DNA of 64,000 bases from NCBI GenBank assembly GCA_041482275.1, contig JBGPDL010000002.1, positions 16,545-80,544 on the forward strand, written 5' to 3'. Positions within the stretch are counted from its first letter, which is position 1. Every line of letters starts with the position of its first letter. The DNA is from Gemmatimonadota bacterium (GTDB taxonomy: Bacteria; Gemmatimonadota; Gemmatimonadetes; Gemmatimonadales; GWC2-71-9). A program made the position numbers and the translations under genes. Positions 10,075-18,492 of the stretch are shown here, in pieces. Under the pieces are notes generated by a model. That model was not told where the DNA came from. It made no database searches and saw only the letters and a list, made by a program, of their open reading frames with translations.

Positions 10075-11511
10075 ATGAACCTGCTCCGACGCAAGAGCGT
10101 CACCGATCTCCAGGCCGAGGCGCTCACGGATCACAGTTTGAAGCGCGCCCTCGGGGCCCTGAATCTCACGATGCTTGGGATCGGGGCGATCATCGGGACG
10201 GGCATCTTCGTGCTGACCGGGACGGTGGCCGCCATCAACGCGGGACCTGCCGTCGTGCTGTCGTTCGTGATCGCCGGCGTCGCCTCCATCTTCGCGGCGC
10301 TGTGCTACTCGGAGTTTGCCTCCCTCGTCCCCATGGCCGGCAGCGCCTACACCTACGGCTACGCCACTTTGGGGGAGATCTTCGCCTGGATCATCGGCTG
10401 GGATCTCGTGCTCGAGTATGCGCTTGGCGCCGTGACAGTCGCGATCGGGTGGTCGGGGTACGTCGTCTCGTTTCTGAAGGACATCGGGATCGCCGTGCCG
10501 CCCGCCCTGTCCGCCGCGCGTGGCACCGCGGTTACCCTGGCGGACGGCTCTACCATCACCGCGGTGTTCAACCTGCCGGCCGTCATCATTATCGCGATCA
10601 TCACCACCCTGCTCGTCATCGGCATCAAGGAATCCGCCAACGTCAATAACGTCATCGTGTTCGTGAAGGTGGCGGTGGTGCTGCTGTTCATCGTCGGAGC
10701 CGCGCACGCGGTCAACCCGGCCAACTGGCATCCGTTCATGCCGCCCAATCAGGGCCCCGGCATCTACGGATGGAGTGGCGTGATGACGGGGGGGGCGATC
10801 GTGTTCTTCGCGTACATTGGGTTCGACGCGGTGAGCACCGCGGCGCAGGAAGCGAAGAATCCGCAAAAGGACATGCCGATCGGGATCATCGGATCGCTCC
10901 TGATCTGCACCGTGCTCTACATCATCGTGTCCGGCATCGCGACCGGCGTAATGTCGTACAAGGAGTTGAACGTCCCGGATCCGATCGCCGTCGCGGCCGA
11001 CCGGGCCGGCCTGGGGTGGATGTCCTCGCTCATCAAGCTCGGTGCGATCGCTGGCCTTTCGTCGGTGATCCTGGTGATGCTGCTCGGGCAATCGCGCGTG
11101 TTCTGGACCATGTCGCGCGACGGCCTCCTCCCGCAGTTCGTCAACAAGATCCACCCCAAGTTCCAGACTCCCTACCTCACGTCCATCATCACGGGGATCG
11201 GCGTGGCGTTTGTCTCGGCGCTCCTCACCGTGCGCGAAGCGGGGAGCCTCGTGTCGATCGGCACGCTGCTGGCGTTCGTCATCGTGTCGGCCGGCGTGCT
11301 GGTGTTGCGGATCCGCGAGCCCAACTTGCCCCGAGCCTTCAAGACCCCGTGGGTCTGGTTCGTCGCTCCGATGGGTGCGTTCTCGGCCGTGTACTTGATG
11401 GCCTCGTTGCCGTGGCGCACGTGGGAGCGGCTGATCATTTGGTTCGTGGTGGGGATCGTGGTGTACTTCTTGTATGGGGTACGGCATTCGAAGCTTGCCG
11501 CGAAAGACTAG
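10075..11511 (+). CDS. APC-superfamily amino acid permease (cationic amino acid transporter-like), copy 1
   Basis: ORF 10075..11511. About 12 TM. GIGAIIGTGIFVLTG and FAYIGFDAVSTAAQEAKNPQKDMP motifs. Confidence 0.9.
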   Translation: MNLLRRKSVTDLQAEALTDHSLKRALGALNLTMLGIGAIIGTGIFVLTGTVAAINAGPAVVLSFVIAGVASIFAALCYSEFASLVPMAGSAYTYGYATLGEIFAWIIGWDLVLEYALGAVTVAIGWSGYVVSFLKDIGIAVPPALSAARGTAVTLADGSTITAVFNLPAVIIIAIITTLLVIGIKESANVNNVIVFVKVAVVLLFIVGAAHAVNPANWHPFMPPNQGPGIYGWSGVMTGGAIVFFAYIGFDAVSTAAQEAKNPQKDMPIGIIGSLLICTVLYIIVSGIATGVMSYKELNVPDPIAVAADRAGLGWMSSLIKLGAIAGLSSVILVMLLGQSRVFWTMSRDGLLPQFVNKIHPKFQTPYLTSIITGIGVAFVSALLTVREAGSLVSIGTLLAFVIVSAGVLVLRIREPNLPRAFKTPWVWFVAPMGAFSAVYLMASLPWRTWERLIIWFVVGIVVYFLYGVRHSKLAAKD

Positions 11512-11536
11512 CCGCGCCGAGTAGGGCGTTCGGTCC

Positions 11537-12394
11537 ATGAGACGGTTGAAATGGTTTGGCTTCTGGACGCTGCTCGGCATCCTGTCGGGCGCGCAGCTCC
11601 ATTTTGCCAATCAGCGCTTCGCCGCGCATCCTCCCTCCTGGTGGGAGGCCCTCGCCACCGCGCTGCCGGACTGGTACCTGTGGGGCCTGCTCGCGCTCGT
11701 GGTCGTGTGGCTGGGGCGCCGCTTCCAGGTCGACCGGGCGAACTTCAGCCGCCATTTCTTCATCCATCTGGGCGCGAGTCTCGATCTCGCGTTGGTGCAC
11801 CTGGTCGCCGCCGTGGCCGTGCAGGACGCGCTCCACGCCCTGCGCGGCGAGCCGTATCCGCTCGCGCAGCAGCTGATCGACAACTTCACGGTGTCCTATC
11901 ACTGGAACATCCTGATCTACTGGGCCATCCTGGCGGTGGTGCATGCCCTGGACTACCACCGTGATCTCGAGGAGCGCCGGCTCCACGCGGCGGGGCTCGA
12001 GGCCCGGCTGCAGGCGCTCACCGACGCGGTGGCCGCGGGCGGCGAGGAGCTGGCCGCGCGGCGCCACCCCGAACGGCTGCTCGTCGCGGACGACGGGCGC
12101 AGCTTCTTCGTGCGGACGGCGGACGTGGACTGGATCGAGGCGGCGCGGAACTACGTGCGGCTGCACGCCGGCGACCGAGTGCACACCGTGCGCACGACCC
12201 TCGCGGCGCTCGAGGAGCGGCTCGACCCGGGGCGGTTTCGGCGCATCAGCCGGTCGACGCTCGTCAACCTGGACCGCGTGCGCGAGGTGCAGCCGTGGTT
12301 CCACGGGGACGCGGTGGTGATTCTCGACGGCGGCGCTCGGCTCGGCCTGTCGCGGCGCTACCGGGCCAACCTGCTCGGTACTCCCACGCCGTAA
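11537..12394 (+). CDS. Membrane-embedded LytTR-domain DNA-binding protein
   Basis: ORF 11537..12394. N-terminal multi-TM region, then LytTR: FFVRTADVDWIEAARNYVRLHAGDRVHTVRTTLAALEERLDPGRFRRISRSTLVNLDRV. Confidence 0.8.
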   Translation: MRRLKWFGFWTLLGILSGAQLHFANQRFAAHPPSWWEALATALPDWYLWGLLALVVVWLGRRFQVDRANFSRHFFIHLGASLDLALVHLVAAVAVQDALHALRGEPYPLAQQLIDNFTVSYHWNILIYWAILAVVHALDYHRDLEERRLHAAGLEARLQALTDAVAAGGEELAARRHPERLLVADDGRSFFVRTADVDWIEAARNYVRLHAGDRVHTVRTTLAALEERLDPGRFRRISRSTLVNLDRVREVQPWFHGDAVVILDGGARLGLSRRYRANLLGTPTP

Positions 12395-12471
12395 GTCCCG
12401 CTCATCCCCCATCGAAGCCCGCCCGTCCCGCGCCTGTACGTGCGGACGGCGCGCGCGCGCAGATTGGGGGC

Positions 12472-13959
12472 ATGACCCTGTTCGCCACCAAGTCGATCGC
12501 GGTGCTCCGGGCCGAAGCGGCCGCGGAGTCCGAGCGATCCCTCAAGCGCACGCTCGGGCCCCTGAGCCTCACGGCGCTGGGCGTGGGCGCGATTGTCGGA
12601 GCCGGTATCTTCGTCCTCACCGGTGTCGCCGCGGCACTGTCCGCGGGACCGGCGGTCGCGATCTCGATGGTCTTTGCCGCGGTCGCCTGCGGCTTTGCGG
12701 GCCTGTGCTACGCCGAGATGGCGAGCGCGGTCCCGGTGGCGGGCAGCGCGTACACCTACGCGTACGCGACGCTCGGCGAGCTGGTCGCCTGGATCATCGG
12801 ATGGGACCTGATCCTCGAGTACGCGATGGGTGCGGCCACGGTCGGCGTGGGCTGGTCCGCGACGTTCGTGAGCTTGCTCAACCTGCTCGGCATCAGCATC
12901 CCCGCGTCGCTCGTCGGTCCGCCGTTTGCGTTCTGCACCGGGACCCAGGTCACGCAAGGCCTGGCGGGCTGCGCCGCCGCGGGGTGGCAGGCCACCGGCG
13001 CCATCGTCAACCTGCCGGCGGTGTGCGTCATCCTCACGATCACCGCGATCTTGGTCATCGGGATCCGCGAGGCGGCGGGGTTCAACAGCTTCATCGTGAT
13101 TGTGAAGACCAGTGTGCTCGTCGTCTTCGTGATCGCCGGACTCGCGTTCGTGAACCGCGCCAACTGGCACCCCTTCGTTCCGCCCAACACGGGCGCGTTC
13201 GGCGAGTTCGGCTGGTCGGGTGTGCTCCGGGGCGCGGGCCTGATCTTCTTCGCCTACATCGGCTTCGACGCGGTGAGCACGGCCGCACAGGAAGCGAAAA
13301 ACCCGCGGCGCGACATGCCCATCGGCATCCTCGGCTCGCTCGCCGTGTGCACCGTGCTGTACGTTCTCGTGTCCCTCGTGCTCACCGGCCTCGTCCCTTA
13401 CCGCGAGCTCAACGTTCCCTCGCCGGTCATTGTGGTCGTGGAGCGGATTCCCCAGCTCGCCTGGTTCCGCCCGGTCATCACCCTGGGTGCCGTGTTGGGC
13501 CTCGGGTCCACGATCCTGGTCATGCTGCTCGGCCAGTCGCGCGTGTTCTATGCGATGTCGCGCGACGGGCTCATGGGACCGTGGGCCGGGAAGGTCCACC
13601 CGACGTATCGCACTCCCTATCTGTCGACCATCTTCACGGGCATTGCCGTCGCCCTGTTCACCGGCCTCTTCCCGATCCAGATCCTCGGCCAGCTCGTGAA
13701 CATCGGCACGCTGCTCGCGTTCGTGCTGGTGTGCGGCGGCGTGTGGATCCTGCGGCATACGCGGCCCGACCTGGAGCGTCCGTTCCGGGCGCCGCTCGTT
13801 CCCCTCGTGCCGCTGCTCGGCATCCTCTCGTGCCTCGGGCTCATGCTCACCCTGCCGCTCGACACCTGGATCCGCCTCGTCGTGTGGCTCGTGGTCGGTC
13901 TGGCGCTGTATTTCTCGTACGGGCGGCGCCACAGCACGCTGCGTCGGCTCCCGCCCTAG
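12472..13959 (+). CDS. APC-superfamily amino acid permease, copy 2 (paralog of 10075..11511)
   Basis: ORF 12295..13959, start re-set to ATG 12472 (MTLFATKSIAVLR). About 69 percent identity to copy 1 over 113 residues that I aligned by hand. Confidence 0.9.
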   Translation: MTLFATKSIAVLRAEAAAESERSLKRTLGPLSLTALGVGAIVGAGIFVLTGVAAALSAGPAVAISMVFAAVACGFAGLCYAEMASAVPVAGSAYTYAYATLGELVAWIIGWDLILEYAMGAATVGVGWSATFVSLLNLLGISIPASLVGPPFAFCTGTQVTQGLAGCAAAGWQATGAIVNLPAVCVILTITAILVIGIREAAGFNSFIVIVKTSVLVVFVIAGLAFVNRANWHPFVPPNTGAFGEFGWSGVLRGAGLIFFAYIGFDAVSTAAQEAKNPRRDMPIGILGSLAVCTVLYVLVSLVLTGLVPYRELNVPSPVIVVVERIPQLAWFRPVITLGAVLGLGSTILVMLLGQSRVFYAMSRDGLMGPWAGKVHPTYRTPYLSTIFTGIAVALFTGLFPIQILGQLVNIGTLLAFVLVCGGVWILRHTRPDLERPFRAPLVPLVPLLGILSCLGLMLTLPLDTWIRLVVWLVVGLALYFSYGRRHSTLRRLPP

Positions 13960-14036
13960 AGGCTGGACGCTCCCGTCCCCGCCCGGTACGTTTGCCCGAG
14001 ATGGCGTGACCTCGGGCATTCGAGGAGGAGGGGGGA

Positions 14037-14495
14037 TTGGCGCGACGTGAGCGGTGTTACGGGGTGAGGAGCCTCGCGCTGGCAATCGCGACGACGGTCG
14101 CGGTCGCCGCCTGCGGTAGCGGTAGCGGCACCGGGCCGGTCCCCTGTAGCACCTACACCGGCGGGAAACTCTCCGGCAACTCCGGCGACCTGCCCGGCAC
14201 CTACACCCTCAAGTCCCTCTGCCAGGGAATGAAGCCGGACCTCGTCCCGCCGGACGCCTCCGGGACGGTCACCCTCGGCATGACGACCTTCACCGCGTCC
14301 ATCACCAATCAGGGCACACTCACCTCCTATAGCGGCGCGTACGCCACTCTCAATCCGGATGCAATCACCATCACCTTGACCAGCCCCCTGGCCGCCCAGA
14401 TCGTCGGCACGTTCCGGCTCCGGAACGACAGCCTCGCCGTCAGCGGTTCTCTGGGAGGCCAGAGCCTGTCGCTCGTTGGGACCCGCGTCCCGTAG
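14037..14495 (+). CDS. Small lipoprotein, function unknown
   Basis: ORF 14037..14495. TTG start behind GGAGGAGGGGGG. Lipobox TVAVAAC followed by GSGSGTG. Confidence 0.55.
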   Translation: MARRERCYGVRSLALAIATTVAVAACGSGSGTGPVPCSTYTGGKLSGNSGDLPGTYTLKSLCQGMKPDLVPPDASGTVTLGMTTFTASITNQGTLTSYSGAYATLNPDAITITLTSPLAAQIVGTFRLRNDSLAVSGSLGGQSLSLVGTRVP

Positions 14496-14503
14496 CGCCG
14501 GGT

Positions 14504-14530
14504 GAGGCGTTCGGGCAACGCCTCTTCATT
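14504..14530 (+). terminator. Candidate intrinsic terminator after the lipoprotein gene
   Basis: GAGGCGT (14504-14510), loop tcgggca, ACGCCTC (14518-14524), followed by TTCATT. This argues that nrnA starts at 14568 rather than 14502. Confidence 0.45.
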
Positions 14531-14567
14531 CGCCGTTCCCGTTCTACGCCTCGTTACCTTAGATGTC

Positions 14568-15581
14568 ATGACGACCAACGGCGTTTCGATTCCTCCCGAG
14601 CGCGCGCGGGCGGCGGCGGAAGTGGCCGCGGTGCTCGCGCCCGGCCGGCGCGTCGTGCTCACCACGCACGTGAACGCCGACGGCGACGGCATAGGGAGCG
14701 AGGTGGCGCTGTGGCATCTGCTCACCGCGCGGGGACTGCGGGCCACCATCGCGAATCCCACGCCGACTCCCGAGCGGTTTCAATTCCTGCTGCCGGCGGG
14801 AGCGGACCACTCGGAGCGCGCCGCGCGTGAGATCGAGTCCGCCGACGTCGTCGTCGTGCTCGACATCTCGGACGTGAGCCGTCTGGGCGATCTGGCGCGG
14901 GCGATCCGGCAGTCGCACGTGGTGGCGTGCATCGACCATCACGTGAGCCAGGGCTCGCTGCCCGGCGGCCCGCGGCTGGTGGCGCCGGAGGCGGCCGCCA
15001 CGGCGGAGCTGGTGTTCGACCTGGCGAGCGCCCTTGAGTGGTCCCTCTCTCCCGATGCCGCCCGGGCGCTGTACGTGGGGATTCTCACCGACACGGGGGC
15101 GTTCCGCTTCGCCAACACGACGCCGCGGGTGCTCCGGGTCGCCGGGGCGCTGCTCGAGCGCGGGGTGGACCCGGAGTCGATCTACGCGTCGGTGTACGCG
15201 AGCGCGCCGGAAGGGCGCATCCGCCTCATGGTCGAGGTGCTCGAAACGCTCGTCGTCGAGCACGAGCGCGGGCTCGCGTGGGTCACCGTGCCGCCAGACG
15301 CGCTGCAACGGCACGGCACCACCGCCGACGATCTGGACGGAATCGTGGAATACCCGCGCTCGATCGCGGGCGTGCGGCTGGCCATGCTGTTCCGCCAGCT
15401 CGCGAACGGGAGGGTGAAGGTGAGCTTCCGCTCGATGGGTGATGTGGACGTCGCCGAGCTGGCGCACCGGTTCGGGGGTGGGGGCCACAAGAAAGCGGCG
15501 GGGGCGTCGCTCGATGGCACGATCGCCGACGCCCAGACGCAGGTGCTGGCGGCGGCCCGGACGTATCTCAACGGGCGTTAA
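14568..15581 (+). CDS. nrnA: DHH/DHHA1 phosphoesterase (NrnA-type oligoribonuclease / pAp phosphatase)
   Basis: ORF 14502..15581, ATG 14568 preferred. HVNADGDGIGS, DHH (CIDHHVS) and GGGGHKKAAG (DHHA1) motifs. Confidence 0.85.
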   Translation: MTTNGVSIPPERARAAAEVAAVLAPGRRVVLTTHVNADGDGIGSEVALWHLLTARGLRATIANPTPTPERFQFLLPAGADHSERAAREIESADVVVVLDISDVSRLGDLARAIRQSHVVACIDHHVSQGSLPGGPRLVAPEAAATAELVFDLASALEWSLSPDAARALYVGILTDTGAFRFANTTPRVLRVAGALLERGVDPESIYASVYASAPEGRIRLMVEVLETLVVEHERGLAWVTVPPDALQRHGTTADDLDGIVEYPRSIAGVRLAMLFRQLANGRVKVSFRSMGDVDVAELAHRFGGGGHKKAAGASLDGTIADAQTQVLAAARTYLNGR

Positions 15582-16375
15582 CGCCGCAAGAACGCCCGCA
15601 CGAAGTTCCCTTTCGAGAAATCGCCTCCCGTCCACACCCGCCAGAACAGATCGTTCCCCGGCAGCGCCCGCCCGATCGCGCCCTCGCTCCAACCGCGGCC
15701 GTGTAGATCGTGGATCCGCTCACCCAACTCGACCAGGAATTCGAGCTTGAGCCGCAACCGCGCGGCGCCGTCTTCCACGCGCCCCCGGTGCTGGCAAAAC
15801 AGCAGACGCGGCTCGAGGGCCAGCACGCGGCGGAGTGAGTCCATCATCGCGTATACGTCCTCGTCGGCCCGGAGGTAGCGCAGCCGAGGTGCGAGATAGA
15901 GATCGCCCGAGAACAGCCAGCGGTGTTCCGGCTCGAACAGCGCCACGTGATCGGCGGCGTGTCCGGGCGTGTGGATGACCTGGAACCGGAAGCGCGGCGT
16001 CTCCAGGCGGTCGCCGAGCGCCGTCACTCGCGCCGGTTGTCGCTTGCCCCACGCCATCCGGCGGTACAACGGGGGACGCGCCTCCAATTGCGCCAGACGC
16101 GAGATCGCGGTGGCGTGGGCCAGCGGCGTGATGCGCAGCTCGCGGGCGAGCAGGCCGTGGTTCCCGGAGTGGTCTTCGTGGTGGTGCGTGGTGACGCACT
16201 GCCGCACGCCCAACTCCCCGACGAGTCGACGCACGTCCCGCGCGAGGTTGGGCGGCCCCGAGTCCACCAGGAGGCCGTCCACGAGGTAGACGCCGGTCCA
16301 GTAGATGGCCCGGCCGAGCAACGTCCGGGCCATGCGGAAGTAGCGGACGTCGTCGTAGTCGAAGCGCACGATCAT
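15578..16375 (-). CDS. MBL-fold metallo-hydrolase
   Basis: ORF 15578..16423, ATG 16375 preferred (MIVRFDYDD). THHHEDHSGN metal motif. Confidence 0.8.
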   Translation of the reverse strand: MIVRFDYDDVRYFRMARTLLGRAIYWTGVYLVDGLLVDSGPPNLARDVRRLVGELGVRQCVTTHHHEDHSGNHGLLARELRITPLAHATAISRLAQLEARPPLYRRMAWGKRQPARVTALGDRLETPRFRFQVIHTPGHAADHVALFEPEHRWLFSGDLYLAPRLRYLRADEDVYAMMDSLRRVLALEPRLLFCQHRGRVEDGAARLRLKLEFLVELGERIHDLHGRGWSEGAIGRALPGNDLFWRVWTGGDFSKGNFVRAFLRR

Positions 16376-16440
16376 GGGTGGGAGTGTAATCGCCGGACCG
16401 GCCCCTTGCCCTGCGGGCGTCATCGCTCCAGCTTGGCGCC

Positions 16441-17904
16441 ATGAAAAAGTCCTTCGTCGGCATTTTCGCCGTCGTGCTGCTGCTCGGCGTAGTCTCGCTC
16501 GAGCGTTCGCTCACATTCCACTCGCGCCAGCCGCAGGTGACGGCCGCGGCGCCGGAGCCGCTCGACACCGCGGCGCTGGCCGCGCGCCTCGCCGGCGCGC
16601 TCAGGTTCAAGACGGTGTCCTACCAGGACTCGAGCCAGTTCGAAGCGCGCGAGTTCGACGGGCTGCAGCGCTACCTGCGGGAGTCGTTCCCCAAACTGCA
16701 CGCCGCCCTCAAGCTCGAGAAGGTGAACGGGTACGGGCTGTTGTACGAGTGGACCGGCACGGACGCGACTCTCGCTCCAGTCGTGCTGCTAGCGCACCAG
16801 GACGTGGTGCCGGTCGAGCCCGGCACCGAGGGCAAATGGACCGAGCCCCCGTTCGAGGGTCGGGTGGCGGGCGGCTACGTGTGGGGACGGGGCGCGCTCG
16901 ACGACAAGGGGAGCTTGGTCGCGATCCTCGAGGCGGTGGACAACCTGGTGACGTCGGGGGCCAGGCCGCGACGCACCGTGTACCTGGCGTTCGGGTACGA
17001 CGAGGAGGTGGGCGGGCGTCGCGGGGCGGCGCGGATGGCCGCCGTGCTCGCGTCCCGGAACATCCATCCCCAGTTCGTGCTGGACGAGGGCGGTGCGCTC
17101 ACCACGGGGCTCGTTCCCGGCATCGGCGCTCCCGTGGCGCTCGTGGGCATCGCCGAGAAAGGCTACCTCACGATCGAGCTGACGGCGCACGCCGAGGGCG
17201 GGCATTCGTCCATGCCGCCGGAGCAGACCGCCGTCGGCATGCTGGCCGGCGCGCTCATCCGGCTGGAGCACCAGCAGATGCCGCGCGCCATCCGTGGGCC
17301 GACGGCCGCTATGTTCGACTACCTGGGCCCCGAGCTGTCGTTCGGGCCCCGGCTCGTCATGGCGAACCGCTGGTTGTTCGGCGGCATCCTCGCGGTGCAG
17401 TTCGGCGCCACCCCGCAGGGCAACGCCATGGTGCGGACCACGACGGCGCCCACGGTGCTCCAGGCCGGCGTGAAGGAGAATGTGCTGCCGTCCACGGCCC
17501 GCGCGCTCGTGAACTTCCGCATCCTACCCGGCGACAGCGTCACGGGCGTGGTCGAGCACGTCCGGCAGGTCGTGCACGACGCCGGAATCGGTGTGCGGGT
17601 GCTCGAAGAGACGGTGAGCAACCCTTCGGACGTGACCAGCGTGGATGCCGAGCCGTTCCAGCTGCTGGCACGCACCATCCGGCAGGTGGTTCCCGGAGCG
17701 GTGGTGACGCCGTGGCTCGTAGTGGGCGCCACCGACTCGCGCCACTACAGCCGGCTCACCCCCGACGTGCTGCGATTCGTCGGCGCCGGTATCGGGAAGG
17801 ACGACTTGCGTCGTGTGCACGGCACGGACGAGCGCGTGGGCGTGCAGGCGTACGCGGACGCGGTGCGGATCTACATCCAGCTCCTCAGGAACGCCGCGCT
17901 ATAG
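16441..17904 (+). CDS. M20/M25/M40 family metallopeptidase (secreted)
   Basis: ORF 16441..17904. Signal-like N-terminus. LLAHQDVVPV, GRGALDDKG and YDEEVGG motifs. Confidence 0.85.
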   Translation: MKKSFVGIFAVVLLLGVVSLERSLTFHSRQPQVTAAAPEPLDTAALAARLAGALRFKTVSYQDSSQFEAREFDGLQRYLRESFPKLHAALKLEKVNGYGLLYEWTGTDATLAPVVLLAHQDVVPVEPGTEGKWTEPPFEGRVAGGYVWGRGALDDKGSLVAILEAVDNLVTSGARPRRTVYLAFGYDEEVGGRRGAARMAAVLASRNIHPQFVLDEGGALTTGLVPGIGAPVALVGIAEKGYLTIELTAHAEGGHSSMPPEQTAVGMLAGALIRLEHQQMPRAIRGPTAAMFDYLGPELSFGPRLVMANRWLFGGILAVQFGATPQGNAMVRTTTAPTVLQAGVKENVLPSTARALVNFRILPGDSVTGVVEHVRQVVHDAGIGVRVLEETVSNPSDVTSVDAEPFQLLARTIRQVVPGAVVTPWLVVGATDSRHYSRLTPDVLRFVGAGIGKDDLRRVHGTDERVGVQAYADAVRIYIQLLRNAAL

Positions 17905-17906
17905 CC

Positions 17907-18362
17907 TCACACGGTGTCACGGCGTCGCTTTGGCGAGCCGCTCGCGCAGCGGCGGATAGAATTGGGTGAAGACACTTCGAAGCCGGGCAGCCGGTCGCCT
18001 TCGTAGAACCCGGCTCGCGCCGGCGTAGACTTGCGCGAGGGCTCGTAGAACGAGAGCACGAACATCGTCTGCTGCGGGAATGCGCCGGTCTTGAGGAACT
18101 CGCGGTATGCCCAGGGCTGCATGTAGACGTTGTGAAACATCCCGGGCGCTGCGCCCGCCGCGGGCGCGGCGCCAGCGTTGTACGAGAGCCCCGTGGACGA
18201 ACCGACCATCACCCACGCCTCCCATCCCTGGGGCGGCAGGAGCGCGCCGTCCTTGGCGAAATGGGGCAGCTGATCTGCCGGTGGGTCCTCGTCGCTCCGG
18301 ACTGGTCCACTTGCAGTGAGGAGGACAAAGACCCCCGCGAATGCCGCTGCGATGCGTTGCAT
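17907..18362 (-). CDS. Cytochrome P460-like domain protein, apparently truncated/frameshifted (no CxxCH); possible pseudogene
   Basis: ORF 17907..18476, from ATG 18362 (MQRIAAAFAGVFVLLTASG signal). GWEAWVMVGSS...FHNVYMQPWAYREFLKTGAFPQQTMFVLSFYE resembles P460-type domains. No heme motif is present. A family-like tail, VFTQFYPPL, is in another frame (ORF 17917..18693). Confidence 0.45.
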   Translation of the reverse strand: MQRIAAAFAGVFVLLTASGPVRSDEDPPADQLPHFAKDGALLPPQGWEAWVMVGSSTGLSYNAGAAPAAGAAPGMFHNVYMQPWAYREFLKTGAFPQQTMFVLSFYEPSRKSTPARAGFYEGDRLPGFEVSSPNSIRRCASGSPKRRRDTV

Positions 18363-18492
18363 GGTCGATTCTCCATTGAGGAGTGACACAACGCGCCTGC
18401 CGGTGTACGGTACTCGGGTATTGACGCGCGGCGCGACGACATGGTTGCGGGCGTCGTTGCCTCCATCTGGCATCACCCTCTAGCTTTCCCCC

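Noticed and set aside
10015-14085. 531-aa and 575-aa minus-strand ORFs (10015..11610 and 12358..14085) opposite the two permease genes
   Set aside because: Both are antisense to 12-TM APC permeases. Their translations are extremely Arg/Asp/His/Gly rich and lack hydrophobic cores or motifs. Shadow ORFs.
14112-14132. Tandem hexamer GCGGTA GCGGTA GCGGCA
   Set aside because: It lies inside the lipoprotein ORF, directly after the lipobox Cys, and encodes the usual flexible GSGSG linker. It is not a CRISPR or other non-coding repeat.
16374-17969. 531-aa + strand ORF in an alternate frame over the M20 peptidase gene
   Set aside because: It is on the same strand but in a different frame from a motif-rich peptidase ORF (16441..17904). 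Its translation is an Arg/Gly/Ala repeat-like string.
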